From NCBI GenBank assembly GCA_018818425.1, contig JAHISB010000018.1:16390-80389 (forward strand): DNA of 64,000 nt, read 5' to 3'. A program made the position numbers and the translations under genes. Origin of the DNA: Patescibacteria group bacterium (GTDB taxonomy: Bacteria; Patescibacteriota; Patescibacteriia; UBA1558; UBA10009). Under the pieces are notes generated by a model. The model saw only the letters and a program-made list of their open reading frames with translations. It searched no databases and was not told the origin of the DNA. This document shows positions 28,934 to 38,977 of this stretch, one piece after another (the first letter of the stretch is position 1; every line of letters begins with the position of its first letter).

Positions 28934-30061
28934 TTATTTCTTTTCCAATTTAATTTTCACGATTTCCGAATGCTTGGAGGTTCTTAAAGTCGGCCCCCAG
29001 ACGCCAAGGCCGCTGGTGGTGTAAATAGCATAATCTCCCTCCTGATGCAGGCCGTAATGATACTTGCCATAAACCAAATAGCTAATAAAATTAAAGGGCG
29101 TCAGCTGTCCTGCGTGAGTATGGCCGGCCAGCTGCAGACTGATGCCGGCCGCGGCCATTGGCTTAGTTTGAACAGGGCTGTGATACAAAAGAATTGACGG
29201 CAGTTGTTGCTTAAAATCAAGCCGGCCCAAGCTTTCGTTTAAATTTTTATTTTCCCCTCTTTCGGGGAAGCTTAAGCCGATTAATTGCAGGCCGTTTAAA
29301 TTTATTATTTCATCTTTTAAAATTCTAATTTTGGTTTTTTCCAAAAGACGGTAAGTTTTCTCCGTCCCAAAGTAAGTTTCGTGGTTGCCGGTAACAAAAT
29401 AAATGCCTGCGGGAGCCTGTAACTGATTAAGCGCCGGCAAAGAAAACTCTGACCCGCTCCCCAAACTATCTAAAAGGTCGCCGGTTATAAAAATAATATC
29501 GGGCTTAAGGCCGTTAACCCGCTCAACTGCCTGTTTTAAAAAATCCTCGCCCAAAACAGCGCCTAAATGCCAATCGGAAATCTGCACCGCCGTTTTGTTC
29601 TGCCAAAATTCAGGTAAATTGCTGATCTTAACGGTTATCTCCTTTAACCGCGGATGATAAGCCGACCAAACGCCATAAGCCGAATAAATTATGGCCAAAG
29701 TTATAGCCGCAAATCCTAAGAGAGATAAATCAAATTTAAAATTAAGTTTATGGCCGATAAAAACCAGCAGCCAAACCAGGGCAAAACCGATCACTAAATA
29801 ATTAAAAACCCCCAGCCACGCGCCGGCCATAAAATAATAAAGCCGGCTGAACAAATTTTCATTGGCCTGGACCAGCAAAGAACTAACAATAAAGCTGACG
29901 GCCAAAACAAACAAAATCACGGCCAGCGCCAGCTTAAACTGCCGGCTGTTTATATTAAAAAAACTGACGGTTGAGCGGTAAATAAAATAATGCCCAACCA
30001 GCAAAATGCCAATAATGACCAGTATAGCCATTATAAAAATCAAATAACTCTGAAGGTTCAT
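28934..30061 (-). CDS. membrane-anchored metallophosphoesterase (calcineurin-like)
   Basis: N-terminal TM helices, then GDLLD...GNHE...GHTH metal-binding motifs. The start was moved to the Met (MNLQ...) because the longer ORF reads into the IS inverted repeat. Confidence 0.75.
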   Translation of the reverse strand: MNLQSYLIFIMAILVIIGILLVGHYFIYRSTVSFFNINSRQFKLALAVILFVLAVSFIVSSLLVQANENLFSRLYYFMAGAWLGVFNYLVIGFALVWLLVFIGHKLNFKFDLSLLGFAAITLAIIYSAYGVWSAYHPRLKEITVKISNLPEFWQNKTAVQISDWHLGAVLGEDFLKQAVERVNGLKPDIIFITGDLLDSLGSGSEFSLPALNQLQAPAGIYFVTGNHETYFGTEKTYRLLEKTKIRILKDEIINLNGLQLIGLSFPERGENKNLNESLGRLDFKQQLPSILLYHSPVQTKPMAAAGISLQLAGHTHAGQLTPFNFISYLVYGKYHYGLHQEGDYAIYTTSGLGVWGPTLRTSKHSEIVKIKLEKK

Positions 30062-30087
30062 AGAAATTATTTTTTTGATAAGTTTAT

Positions 30088-30967
30088 TTGTAAGAATACC
30101 TCGCGTTGTTAGCACTTTTTAGGTATAGTGTTAACAATATGACTATACATAAATGGACTAAACTTACCCCCGTCAAAAGACGGGAAATAGCTGATAAATA
30201 CTTTAAACAAGACATCAGAATAGCAACCTTAGCCAGAGATTACCAAACAAGTAGAAATACTATCTACAATGTCATCAATCGGGCAAGGATGAATGATTTC
30301 AGTATTCATAAAAGCATCAATAAGCGTTACAGGTGTTTGGAGTACGGCCTCAAACGATTATCAAAGATTGAAGCCGCATTTGAGAAAAAGCTTAAAAACA
30401 AAGCCCAACGCTACAACAAGAGCTATCCCGGGGAAATGATGCATTCCGACAACACTCAACTGCCCATGCTCAAGGGAGAAACTACTCAAGACAAGCCGGA
30501 AAAGCTCTATGTGGCCATTGATGACTTTTCCAGAGAGCTGTACGCCACCATATTGCCGGATAAAACCCAGTTTTCCTCCGCAACGTTCTTACTGCAAGTG
30601 CTTGAGGAGTGCCCTTACACTATAGAAACATGGTACACTGATAATGGCACTGAATACAAAGGTAATCCCAAAGAACATGTTTTTATGCAACTGTGTCAGA
30701 AGCATGACATTAAACAGTCGTTTACTAGGGTAAAAACTCCAAAGACCAATGGCAAGGCCGAGCGGGTTATTAGGACTCTTTTCCAGATGTGGCATTCAAG
30801 GACCAAGTTTAAAAGTAACGTGCATCGAAAGCAAGAATTGATCAGATTTGTGAATTACTACAATACTGTTAAACCCCATAAAGGTATTGATAATCTTACT
30901 CCTTTTGAAAAATTAACTAACTATTTTTATCCTAAAGAACTGTGAACAACGCTGTTACTTCTTACAA
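30088..30967 (+). mobile_element. IS481-family-like insertion sequence with imperfect terminal inverted repeats of about 26 bp, flanked by a TTTAT(T) target-site duplication
   Basis: IRL TGTAAGAATACCTCGCGTTGTT pairs with the reverse complement of the IRR at 30941..30967, TGTAAGAAGTAACAGCGTTGTT. The flanking tttatt repeats at 30083..30088 and 30968..30973. One transposase ORF inside. Confidence 0.7.
30139..30945 (+). CDS. DDE transposase (N-terminal HTH + integrase core, IS481-like)
   Basis: HSDNTQLP...YVAIDDFSRELYA...WYTDNGTEY...KTNGKAERVIRT, which is the rve DDE core. Start taken at MTIHKW. Confidence 0.85.
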   Translation: MTIHKWTKLTPVKRREIADKYFKQDIRIATLARDYQTSRNTIYNVINRARMNDFSIHKSINKRYRCLEYGLKRLSKIEAAFEKKLKNKAQRYNKSYPGEMMHSDNTQLPMLKGETTQDKPEKLYVAIDDFSRELYATILPDKTQFSSATFLLQVLEECPYTIETWYTDNGTEYKGNPKEHVFMQLCQKHDIKQSFTRVKTPKTNGKAERVIRTLFQMWHSRTKFKSNVHRKQELIRFVNYYNTVKPHKGIDNLTPFEKLTNYFYPKEL

Positions 30968-30978
30968 TTTATTGTACC

Positions 30979-31863
30979 CTAGCGGGAATGGGTAATGCCA
31001 ATTTTCCAAACATTTCTTTCTAAAAAGGCTTCGATTGTTTGCCGGCCGGCTTTATTTATTAGGTTTGAGTGTGAAAATTTATTATTTTTTGCGTAATCAA
31101 CAAGGGTCATAATTTCTTTATCTTCTAAATACGCCAATCGTTTATGATAGCTGTTAGTAAGCGCTCTTCCGACTATTTCTTCCATAATTAAAGTTCTGCC
31201 TTTTTTATCAAATTCTTTAAACGCTTCATAATATTTCTGCCTATCAATAAATTTTATATTTATAGGAACAAACCCTTCCCGTATTAATAAATAATTATTA
31301 ATAACGCGCCCAATGCGGCCGTTGCCGTCAACAAATGGATGAATATGTTCAAAAGTAAGATGTAATTTTGCTATACGATTGATAATATTTTCATGGCTAG
31401 CGGCATTATACTCGGTCAGCATTTTTTCTAAACGATACGCCACTTCTTTTGAATTGGGGGCAATGTAATTTCCGACTCTAACATATTCACCATTTTTTCT
31501 GAACCTGCCGGCAATATCATCACGAATATTTGAAATTAACATTTTGTGCAGTAATAAAATAACCTCAAGAGTGAGTTCTTGTTCCTTAGCTTTTTTACCT
31601 ATATATAACACAACTCGCGCCAAATTTTTTGCTTCAAAAAATTCTCGTTCAATAATAAATCTATCTAAGTCAATTTGTAAAAGTATTTTTTCGGTTTCTT
31701 CAAGAGTAAGAGTACTATTTTCTATAGCATTAGAGTTATATACTTGTTCGGCAACTTCGGCTTCCAAGATAAGCTTAATTAGCGCGTCCTTGCCTGTAGA
31801 CGCCTTATAGTATCTTTCCCGAAGAGAATCTATTTTATTGTAAACATTAAGTATTTTTACCAT
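30979..31863 (-). CDS. Fic family protein
   Basis: Fic motif HPFVDGNGRIGR. Confidence 0.85.
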   Translation of the reverse strand: MVKILNVYNKIDSLRERYYKASTGKDALIKLILEAEVAEQVYNSNAIENSTLTLEETEKILLQIDLDRFIIEREFFEAKNLARVVLYIGKKAKEQELTLEVILLLHKMLISNIRDDIAGRFRKNGEYVRVGNYIAPNSKEVAYRLEKMLTEYNAASHENIINRIAKLHLTFEHIHPFVDGNGRIGRVINNYLLIREGFVPINIKFIDRQKYYEAFKEFDKKGRTLIMEEIVGRALTNSYHKRLAYLEDKEIMTLVDYAKNNKFSHSNLINKAGRQTIEAFLERNVWKIGITHSR

Positions 31864-32056
31864 ATATCATCATTATATTCTTTTTTCACGATTTTGTCAA
31901 CATAACAGTGAAAAATTGTTTAAAAATGTAAATTTTCACTGTTTTGATATGTTTGTAGTATAATAGACTACACAAATAACGTGATGCGCTAATTCCCCAT
32001 TTTCCAAACACTTCCACAAAAAACCGAAAAATGCTAAAATATGATAGCATTAATCT

Positions 32057-34480
32057 ATGGCCAGACGAAGAAAAAAACGGCGACCGTACCGCAGAAGGCA
32101 GATTGAATACGAAGAAACCGGCCTGCTTTCGGCAGAAACCAAAAAGGGCATTGCCATTGTCCTGCTTTTTGTTATGGCCATCATCACCGTCCTTTCGCTG
32201 TTTAATCTGGCTGGCGCCCTGGGCAGTTATATTAAGCCGGCCTTAACTTCGGTGATGGGCTGGGGCATTTACTTTCTGCCGGTTATTTTAATTACGCTGG
32301 CCTATTTTTTATTAAGACCGGAAAAATACGAGGTCAGGCCCAGCAACTATTTAGGCCTGATAATTTTTATCTTCAGCTATCTGGGAATTCTGCAGCTGAT
32401 TAAAGGGTTTGAGCAGACCGCCGATTTAACCGGTACCGGCGGCGGCTATCTGGGCTTTATAGCCACCTATCCCCTGCAAAAATTTATGGGCCCTTTGGCT
32501 GCAGTTTTGGTCATGATCGGCTTATTTTTAATTTCTCTGCTGATTACTTTTAACACCAGTCTTAACAGCTTATTTCAAAAACTAAATTTATTCAGCCGGG
32601 CTAAAGAAAAGCTGGCTGAAGCAGAAGAAGAGTATGACGAAGAGATAGAAGAAGAGCCCGCAGAAGCAGAAGAAGGCGATGACGGCTGGATTAAAGGAAA
32701 AACTGAAGAAGACGAAGAATCCGCGGATGCCGGCGAAGAAGAGCCGGACAAAACAGGTTTATTCACCAGAAAAAAAATCGGCTCCATACCCATCAAAAAA
32801 GGGTCTAAGGCCGTTCTTGAAGATTTAAAAGTTACTTTTGCCAGAGGCATTGGCAAAAAAGTCCAGCTGCCTTTGAGCTTGCTGGACAGCAAAACTTCCA
32901 AGCCCACTAGCGGCGATATTAAAGCCAATATCGAAAAAATCAAAACCACTCTGGAAAACTTTGGCATCGAGGTTAGCATGGGCGAAGTCAATGTCGGCCC
33001 CACCATCACTCAATTCACCCTTAAGCCCATCGACGGGGTTAAGCTTTCCAATATTACCGCCCTGCAAAACGATCTGGCTCTGGCCTTGGCCGCCCACCCC
33101 TTAAGGATCGAGGCGCCGATTCCCGGCAAATCCCTGGTGGGCATCGAAGTGCCCAACCAGAGCATTGCCACCGTTAAGCTTAAAGAAATAATTGACAATC
33201 CAAAATTTAAAAAGAAAGGGGCCGGCTTAACAGCCGCTTTGGGCAAAGATGTCTCAGGCAAAATCTGGACTATCGATCTGGCTAATCTGCCCCACCTGTT
33301 GATTGCCGGCGCTACCGGTTCAGGAAAATCGGTCTGCATTAACAGCGTTATCATCAGTTTGCTGTTCCAGAATTCGCCGGAACAGTTAAGGCTGATTCTG
33401 GTCGACCCTAAAAGAGTGGAATTAACTAATTACAACGGACTGCCTCATCTGCTGGCGCCGGTGATTACCGATGTATCTAAAACCGTCAACGCCCTGCGCT
33501 GGGCCGTTAGAGAAATGGACGAAAGGTTCAAGCTTTTAGAAGCCACGGGCAAACGCAATATTAACGCCTATAATGCCGGCGTAATTACCAGCCGCCTGCC
33601 CTATATTGTCATTATCATCGACGAGCTGGCCGATTTAATGGCCGTGGCCGCCAAAGACATCGAAGGAGCCATTGTCCGCTTGGCCCAAATGGCCCGGGCC
33701 GTAGGCATCCATTTGGTAGTGGCCACTCAAAGGCCTTCTGTTAATATTATTACCGGCTTAATCAAGGCCAACATTACCTCCCGCATCGCTTTTGCCGTGG
33801 CCTCTAGCGTTGATTCCAGAACCATTCTGGATTTTAGCGGGGCCGAAAAACTTTTAGGCAAGGGCGATATGCTTTATATTTCCGCCGAATTAAGCAAGCC
33901 CCGAAGAATTCAGGGCGCTTTAGTCACCGACGAAGAAATTGAGCGGGTAACCGATTATTGGCGCAACCAGGCCGAACCGGAATTTGACGAAGGGGTCACC
34001 GAAAAACAAACCAGAATAAATTTGGCCGGCTCCGGCAGTTTTGACGAAAACGGCGATGAGCTTTTAGAAGAAGCCAAAGAAATAATCTTAAGAGCCGGCA
34101 AAGCTTCGGCCTCGTTTCTGCAACGAAGATTGCGCGTGGGCTATGCCAGAGCCGCCCGCCTGCTCGACCTAATGGAAGAGCAGGGAATTATCGGCCCGGC
34201 TGACGGCGCCAAACCCAGAGAAATCCTGGTCAACGAAAGCGTTCTTCATGGCGAACCAGCCGGCGAGGCCGATGAGTTTGCAGATGATGAAGAAGAAGAT
34301 GATGATGATGATGAATCAGCCGACGATCAGGGGCCGGACGAAGAAACAGAAACAGAGTCAGAGCTTGATGATGAAGAAGAGGAAGAATTAAACGAGGAAA
34401 TTGATGAAGAGGAAGACAATGAAGACGACAAAGAAGAGGGTAAAATAAAAATTCATTATAAAAAAGATAACAACTTCTAA
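32057..34480 (+). CDS. ftsK: DNA translocase FtsK/SpoIIIE, with an acidic low-complexity C-terminal tail
   Basis: N-terminal TM helices, an acidic linker, the motor domain with Walker A GATGSGKS, the gamma domain, and a C-terminal D/E-rich tail. Confidence 0.9.
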   Translation: MARRRKKRRPYRRRQIEYEETGLLSAETKKGIAIVLLFVMAIITVLSLFNLAGALGSYIKPALTSVMGWGIYFLPVILITLAYFLLRPEKYEVRPSNYLGLIIFIFSYLGILQLIKGFEQTADLTGTGGGYLGFIATYPLQKFMGPLAAVLVMIGLFLISLLITFNTSLNSLFQKLNLFSRAKEKLAEAEEEYDEEIEEEPAEAEEGDDGWIKGKTEEDEESADAGEEEPDKTGLFTRKKIGSIPIKKGSKAVLEDLKVTFARGIGKKVQLPLSLLDSKTSKPTSGDIKANIEKIKTTLENFGIEVSMGEVNVGPTITQFTLKPIDGVKLSNITALQNDLALALAAHPLRIEAPIPGKSLVGIEVPNQSIATVKLKEIIDNPKFKKKGAGLTAALGKDVSGKIWTIDLANLPHLLIAGATGSGKSVCINSVIISLLFQNSPEQLRLILVDPKRVELTNYNGLPHLLAPVITDVSKTVNALRWAVREMDERFKLLEATGKRNINAYNAGVITSRLPYIVIIIDELADLMAVAAKDIEGAIVRLAQMARAVGIHLVVATQRPSVNIITGLIKANITSRIAFAVASSVDSRTILDFSGAEKLLGKGDMLYISAELSKPRRIQGALVTDEEIERVTDYWRNQAEPEFDEGVTEKQTRINLAGSGSFDENGDELLEEAKEIILRAGKASASFLQRRLRVGYARAARLLDLMEEQGIIGPADGAKPREILVNESVLHGEPAGEADEFADDEEEDDDDDESADDQGPDEETETESELDDEEEEELNEEIDEEEDNEDDKEEGKIKIHYKKDNNF

Positions 34481-34557
34481 AAAACTCCAAATTAAAAGAA
34501 CTAAGGAACCAAACAATAACCAAAATCAAAAATAAAAATTTCTTATTTGAATTTTTT

Positions 34558-34614
34558 AATTTGTTTGATTCTTTTCCCTCGATTAAATCGAGGGTCGGTT
34601 CTTGGTAATTTTTA
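34558..34614. repeat. intergenic copy of the palindromic mini-element (ccctcgattaaatcgaggg)
   Basis: aatttgtttgattcttttccctcgattaaatcgagggtcggttcttggtaattttt. Confidence 0.75.
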
Positions 34615-35345
34615 CGACTATGTCCAGCTTTATCCACAAAAAACTTTCTTCAGACAAAAGTGTGGCGGAAATAATTAAAGAAGAGAGGCAGAAAAGAAAT
34701 TTAAGCTTATCGGAGGTTTCTTTAAAAACCCAAATTGCTTTAGATTATTTAAATAAACTGGAGCAGGGCCGTTATCATCAGCTGCCGGGCGATATTTATA
34801 TTAAGCAGTTTGTAAAAAAACTGGCTAAATATTTTAATTTTTCGGAAAAAAATCTTTTGGCCATTTATCAGAAAGAGAAGATCAACCAGTTAAACATTTT
34901 CCAGTCAACTCCCCTAAAGTTATCTAAAAGGCCTCAAAAAAATCTGTTATCGTTTTTAACCCCTCGGTTAATCAGACTTTCCCTGGTCAGCTTAATTATT
35001 TTAGGCCTCTTTGGTTATCTGGCTCTGGAGATTACCAATATCTTTACCCCGCCCTTGCTGGAAATTGAATCGCCCGCCGCGCAGACTATTACGGTCAAGC
35101 CGGCTATTACCATTAAAGGCAAAACCATGCCCGAGGCCCTGATTTTAATCAACCAGCAGGAAATTTTAACCAAGCCCGACGGCAGTTTTTCCCAGGATGT
35201 TAATTTAAATATGGGGCTCAATCTTTTTGAAATTTCGGCCTCCAAAAAGCATAGCAAAGAAAATATTATCACTATTTCCATTCTCCGCCAGCCGGCCACC
35301 ACCTCCGACTTAAATATGTTTGACAGATCTGTTTCTTTTCAATAA
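34602..35345 (+). CDS. HTH-domain membrane protein, RodZ-like
   Basis: N-terminal XRE-type HTH (LSLSEVSLKTQIALDYLNKLEQG), one TM helix, and a C-terminal extracytoplasmic domain. The start may lie at the downstream Met, because the 5' end overlaps a mini-element copy. Confidence 0.55.
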   Translation: MVIFTTMSSFIHKKLSSDKSVAEIIKEERQKRNLSLSEVSLKTQIALDYLNKLEQGRYHQLPGDIYIKQFVKKLAKYFNFSEKNLLAIYQKEKINQLNIFQSTPLKLSKRPQKNLLSFLTPRLIRLSLVSLIILGLFGYLALEITNIFTPPLLEIESPAAQTITVKPAITIKGKTMPEALILINQQEILTKPDGSFSQDVNLNMGLNLFEISASKKHSKENIITISILRQPATTSDLNMFDRSVSFQ

Positions 35346-35603
35346 GATAGATAAGCGCTGAAAGGTTGAATAATCATTCATCATCCTATATCCGCGCTTA
35401 TCAGCGCACCTCTCCTGCCATGCTCCGCATAGCGGGGCTGGCAGCGCACCTCGGCGAATATCAGTGATTTTTTATTTTTGAATTTGTTATTTATTTGGAA
35501 TTTGCCGACAGGCCTCGAACGCAGTCCTCGAGCGAAGTCGAGAGGGCGAAGTCGAGAGGAAATTTATTAATTAAGGGTCATTTAACTATTAATGACTATT
35601 TGT

Positions 35604-36650
35604 ATGTCCAAAGTCGCAGAAGAAGATAAAAAAATCGAGTCTGACTCTAAAATCAAGTCCGACTTGAATAAAACCATGGCTACCAACCAGGCCATTGAGC
35701 AAATAAAGCACAGGTTCGGCGAGGGCTCAATTATGAAATTCGGCGAAGCCAGAGCAACGGCTGTTGAAGCGGTGCCTACCGGCTGTTTATCTTTAGATAT
35801 TGCTTTAGGCGTAGGCGGAGTGCCCAGGGGCAGAATTATAGAAATCTACGGCCCCGAAGCTTCCGGCAAAACCACCCTGGCCCAGCATATTGTGGCTGAA
35901 GTTCAAAAAATGGGCGGCACCGCCGCCTTTATTGACGCCGAACATGCGCTGGACCCGGAATACGCCAAAAAAATCGGCGTTAATATTGATGAACTGTTAA
36001 TCTCCCAGCCCGATACCGGCGAACAGGCCCTGGAAATTGTCGAAACCCTGGTCCGCTCCAACGGCGTTGATGTTATTGTGATTGACTCGGTAGCCGCCTT
36101 AGTGCCCAAAGCGGAGATTGAAGGGGAAATGGGCGATTCCCACATGGGGCTGCAAGCCCGGCTGATGAGCCAGGCCCTAAGAAAGCTTTCCGGCATTATC
36201 AGCAAAACCAAAACCGTGGTTATATTTATCAACCAGATCAGAATGAAGATCGGAGTATTTTTCGGCAACCCCGAAACCACCACCGGCGGCATGGCTTTAA
36301 AATTTTATTCTTCGGTAAGAATTGAGGTAAGGCGCGCCGCCCAAATTAAAAAAGGCGACCAGATTATCGGCAACCGCGCCAAAGCCAAGGTGGTTAAAAA
36401 TAAAGTGGCGGCTCCGTTTAAAAATACCGAATTCGATATAATGTATAACGAAGGCATTTCTATTTCCGGCGATGTTTTAGATACCGGAGTTCAGTTCGGC
36501 GTTATTGATAAATCCGGCAACTCCTATACTTACGGCGAAGTTAAGCTGGGCGTTGGCCGCGAAAATGCCAAACAGTACTTAAGAGAAAATCTTAAACTGA
36601 TTGCCGAAATTAAAAAGAAAGTTTGGGAAAAGGTGAAGGCAGAGGAATAA
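35604..36650 (+). CDS. recA: recombinase RecA
   Basis: GSIMKFG, Walker [10 protein letters not shown] and the L1/L2 loop regions. The start is ambiguous between 35592, 35604 and the Met at MATNQ. Confidence 0.95.
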   Translation: MSKVAEEDKKIESDSKIKSDLNKTMATNQAIEQIKHRFGEGSIMKFGEARATAVEAVPTGCLSLDIALGVGGVPRGRIIEIYGPEASGKTTLAQHIVAEVQKMGGTAAFIDAEHALDPEYAKKIGVNIDELLISQPDTGEQALEIVETLVRSNGVDVIVIDSVAALVPKAEIEGEMGDSHMGLQARLMSQALRKLSGIISKTKTVVIFINQIRMKIGVFFGNPETTTGGMALKFYSSVRIEVRRAAQIKKGDQIIGNRAKAKVVKNKVAAPFKNTEFDIMYNEGISISGDVLDTGVQFGVIDKSGNSYTYGEVKLGVGRENAKQYLRENLKLIAEIKKKVWEKVKAEE

Positions 36651-36814
36651 TGATTAATGACTGATGACCAATGATTTCGGCCAAAGGCCGACCAGCCTTT
36701 GGCTGGGATGACTGATGATTATATATTAAATTGACTAGCCGGGGGTTTAGTCGAGCTGAGCTCGATAGCCCTCGGCTTTTTGAATTACTTAACTATAAAT
36801 GCTAAAATAGGGAT

Positions 36815-36902
36815 ACTATAACATTAGAACATTAGAGCATAGGAGTAATTATTTATGTTCTAATGTTCTCATGCTCCCATGTTCTAATGTTCTCATGTTC
36901 TT
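36815..36902. repeat. the same ATGTTCTAATGTTC-type array in inverted pairing upstream of the flippase gene
   Basis: aacattagaacattagagcatagg...tatgttctaatgttctcatgctcccatgttctaatgttctcatgttc. Confidence 0.7.
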
Positions 36903-38315
36903 ATGACTTTGACTAAAACCATCGCTAAAAACACTCTCTGGCAAATAATCGGTAAAATTATCGGCACTATTTTGGGAGTTGTTACCATTGCTCTGCTGAC
37001 CCGTTATTTGGGCAAAGAGGGCTTTGGCCATTACACCACGGCTTTGGCCTTTATGCAGTTCTTTGGCGTGCTGGTTGATATGGGGCTTTATTTAATTTGT
37101 TTAAGGGAGATTTCAGCCCGGCCGGAAAAAGAAAGCTATATTACCAGCAACATTTTTACCTTGCGCTTTTTTTCGGCTCTGATTTTTTTGGGCGGCGGTA
37201 CTCTGCTGATTTTTGTTTTCCCCTACCCGCCGGTGGTTAAGTGGTCGGCTGCCATTGTTTCCGGCTCATTTTTATTTATGTCTTTGGTCCAAACTCTGAC
37301 TACGGTTTTTCAAAAACATCTTAAAATGGGACAGGTGGCGCTGGCCGAAGTAGTTGGACGGACCGGTTTTTTAATTGTGATCTTCCTCTTTATTTTCTAT
37401 AAAGGCAACTTGCCGGCTTTGATGTTGGGCAATGTGGCCAATGCTATTATTTATTTTGTCATTCTGTGGGTCCTAATTAAAAAGTATGTAAATATAAAAT
37501 GGTCATTCGACTTTGTCTATTGGAAAACAGTAATCGCCAAGGCCTGGCCCATTGCCCTGGGCGTGGTTTTCAACCTGGTTTATTTTAGGGCCGATACCAT
37601 TATTCTTTCACTCTATAAACCGGCCGGCGATGTTGGCCTTTACGGCGCGCCTTATAAAATTCTGGAGATAATCACCACTTTCCCCCATATGTTTATGGGC
37701 TTGGTGATGCCCATTTTAACGGCTGCCTGGATCAGCCGAAATATGGAAAAATTCAAAAGCATTATGCAAAAAACTTTTGATTTTTTTATTATTTTGATTA
37801 TGCCGATGGTTCTGGGAACAATTCCTTTGGCTGATAAAATTATGGTTTTAATCTCCGGCAACGAATTTGCTCCGTCAGGAAAAGTTCTGCCGGCTCTGAT
37901 GCTGGCTACCGGCATGATATTTTTAGGCACGCTGTTTACCTACACTTTGGTGATTCTGGAAAAACAAAAAACCATGCTGAAATATTTTGCCCTGGCCGCC
38001 GTGCTGGCCTTAATCGGCTACTTTATTTTTATTCCCAAATATTCCTACTTTGGCGCGGCCTGGGTCACTGTGATTATTGAGGGCTTTATCACTTTGACTG
38101 CCCTGATGCTGGCTTATAAATTTTCTAAAATTAAGCTCACTGGTAAAACTTTTATAAAAAGCTTGATTGCTTCGGTAATTATGACGGGCGCGTTATATCT
38201 GCTTTTAGATTTAAATATTATCCTGTTGCTGATTATTAGCATCTTGATTTATGGAGCGGTGATGATTATAATTAAAGGGGTTGACAAAAAGATAATTAGT
38301 GATATTATAAGGTGA
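36903..38315 (+). CDS. polysaccharide biosynthesis protein / Wzx-like flippase (MOP superfamily)
   Basis: 470 aa with about 12-14 TM helices. The N-terminus TIAKNTLWQIIGKIIGTILGVVTIALLTRYLG is typical of the Wzx/PST family. Confidence 0.7.
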   Translation: MTLTKTIAKNTLWQIIGKIIGTILGVVTIALLTRYLGKEGFGHYTTALAFMQFFGVLVDMGLYLICLREISARPEKESYITSNIFTLRFFSALIFLGGGTLLIFVFPYPPVVKWSAAIVSGSFLFMSLVQTLTTVFQKHLKMGQVALAEVVGRTGFLIVIFLFIFYKGNLPALMLGNVANAIIYFVILWVLIKKYVNIKWSFDFVYWKTVIAKAWPIALGVVFNLVYFRADTIILSLYKPAGDVGLYGAPYKILEIITTFPHMFMGLVMPILTAAWISRNMEKFKSIMQKTFDFFIILIMPMVLGTIPLADKIMVLISGNEFAPSGKVLPALMLATGMIFLGTLFTYTLVILEKQKTMLKYFALAAVLALIGYFIFIPKYSYFGAAWVTVIIEGFITLTALMLAYKFSKIKLTGKTFIKSLIASVIMTGALYLLLDLNIILLLIISILIYGAVMIIIKGVDKKIISDIIR

Positions 38316-38366
38316 TTATCTTTAGATTAATCAAGGCATAAAATCCAATATAAGGCGGAGGAAATC

Positions 38367-38783
38367 ATGAACCCTTTAAAAAAAATACTGCCGGAAAACG
38401 GACTCTTGCCGTGGTTTCCGGTATATCTCCCGGTGATAAATATTATCGCCTGCGGGATGTATCTCGCTGAGTTGATTGGGGCAGAAATTTGCGCCACGAC
38501 CACGTTATTCCAGGGGGCGCTAATTTTCCTCATCCTCTATTTAATCCCCGCTCGTTTGAAGTGGAAGCCGAAATGCAACGATCGTTGCATTATAATTTTC
38601 CACGTTTTGATAACGCTGGCACCGGCCGCCGTCATTGGCGCTGGATTCCTGGGATTAATTTGGAGGCCAACGCTCCCATTAGTATTAGGGGGGATATTCC
38701 TCAGCCTGGCGTACTTGTTCGTATTTTACCTGCTCCCAAAATGGGAGAGAGAAAATTATCACAAACAGTTAGCACTAAATTAG
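38367..38783 (+). CDS. hypothetical membrane protein in a GC-rich segment
   Basis: GGAGG RBS 6 nt upstream. Four hydrophobic helices. Competing overlapping ORFs exist in this unusually GC-rich stretch. Confidence 0.35.
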   Translation: MNPLKKILPENGLLPWFPVYLPVINIIACGMYLAELIGAEICATTTLFQGALIFLILYLIPARLKWKPKCNDRCIIIFHVLITLAPAAVIGAGFLGLIWRPTLPLVLGGIFLSLAYLFVFYLLPKWERENYHKQLALN

Positions 38784-38977
38784 CACTTGATGCTATACTG
38801 TAATAGACCGCTCCTGGATTTGAGCGGTTTTTTATCTCGCCTCTCGCCCTTCGGCTGGCTCAGGGCGCCTTGAATGAAATTGAAAGGCGACTTCGCCTCT
38901 CGACTTCGCTCGAGGCGGATTTATCTTGCCCAACAGGATGAATTGATAAAATTAGTGGGTCAAGGTAAAATACAACT

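Noticed and set aside
30106-30138. Longer transposase ORF start (MLALFRYSVNN)
   Set aside because: This part is upstream sequence inside the IS inverted-repeat region. The Met at 30139 (MTIHKW) is the more plausible start.
35346-35603. LexA/Cheo-type SOS box (GAAC-N4-GTTC) upstream of recA or uvrB
   Set aside because: None was found. cgaacg...cgttcg at 11410..11470 has about 40-nt spacing and is part of a large hairpin.
38327-38803. Alternative overlapping ORFs at 38489..38803 (+) and 38327..38533 (-)
   Set aside because: They compete within a GC-rich stretch. Only 38367..38783 has an RBS and a membrane-protein-like hydrophobicity pattern, and even that is called with low confidence.
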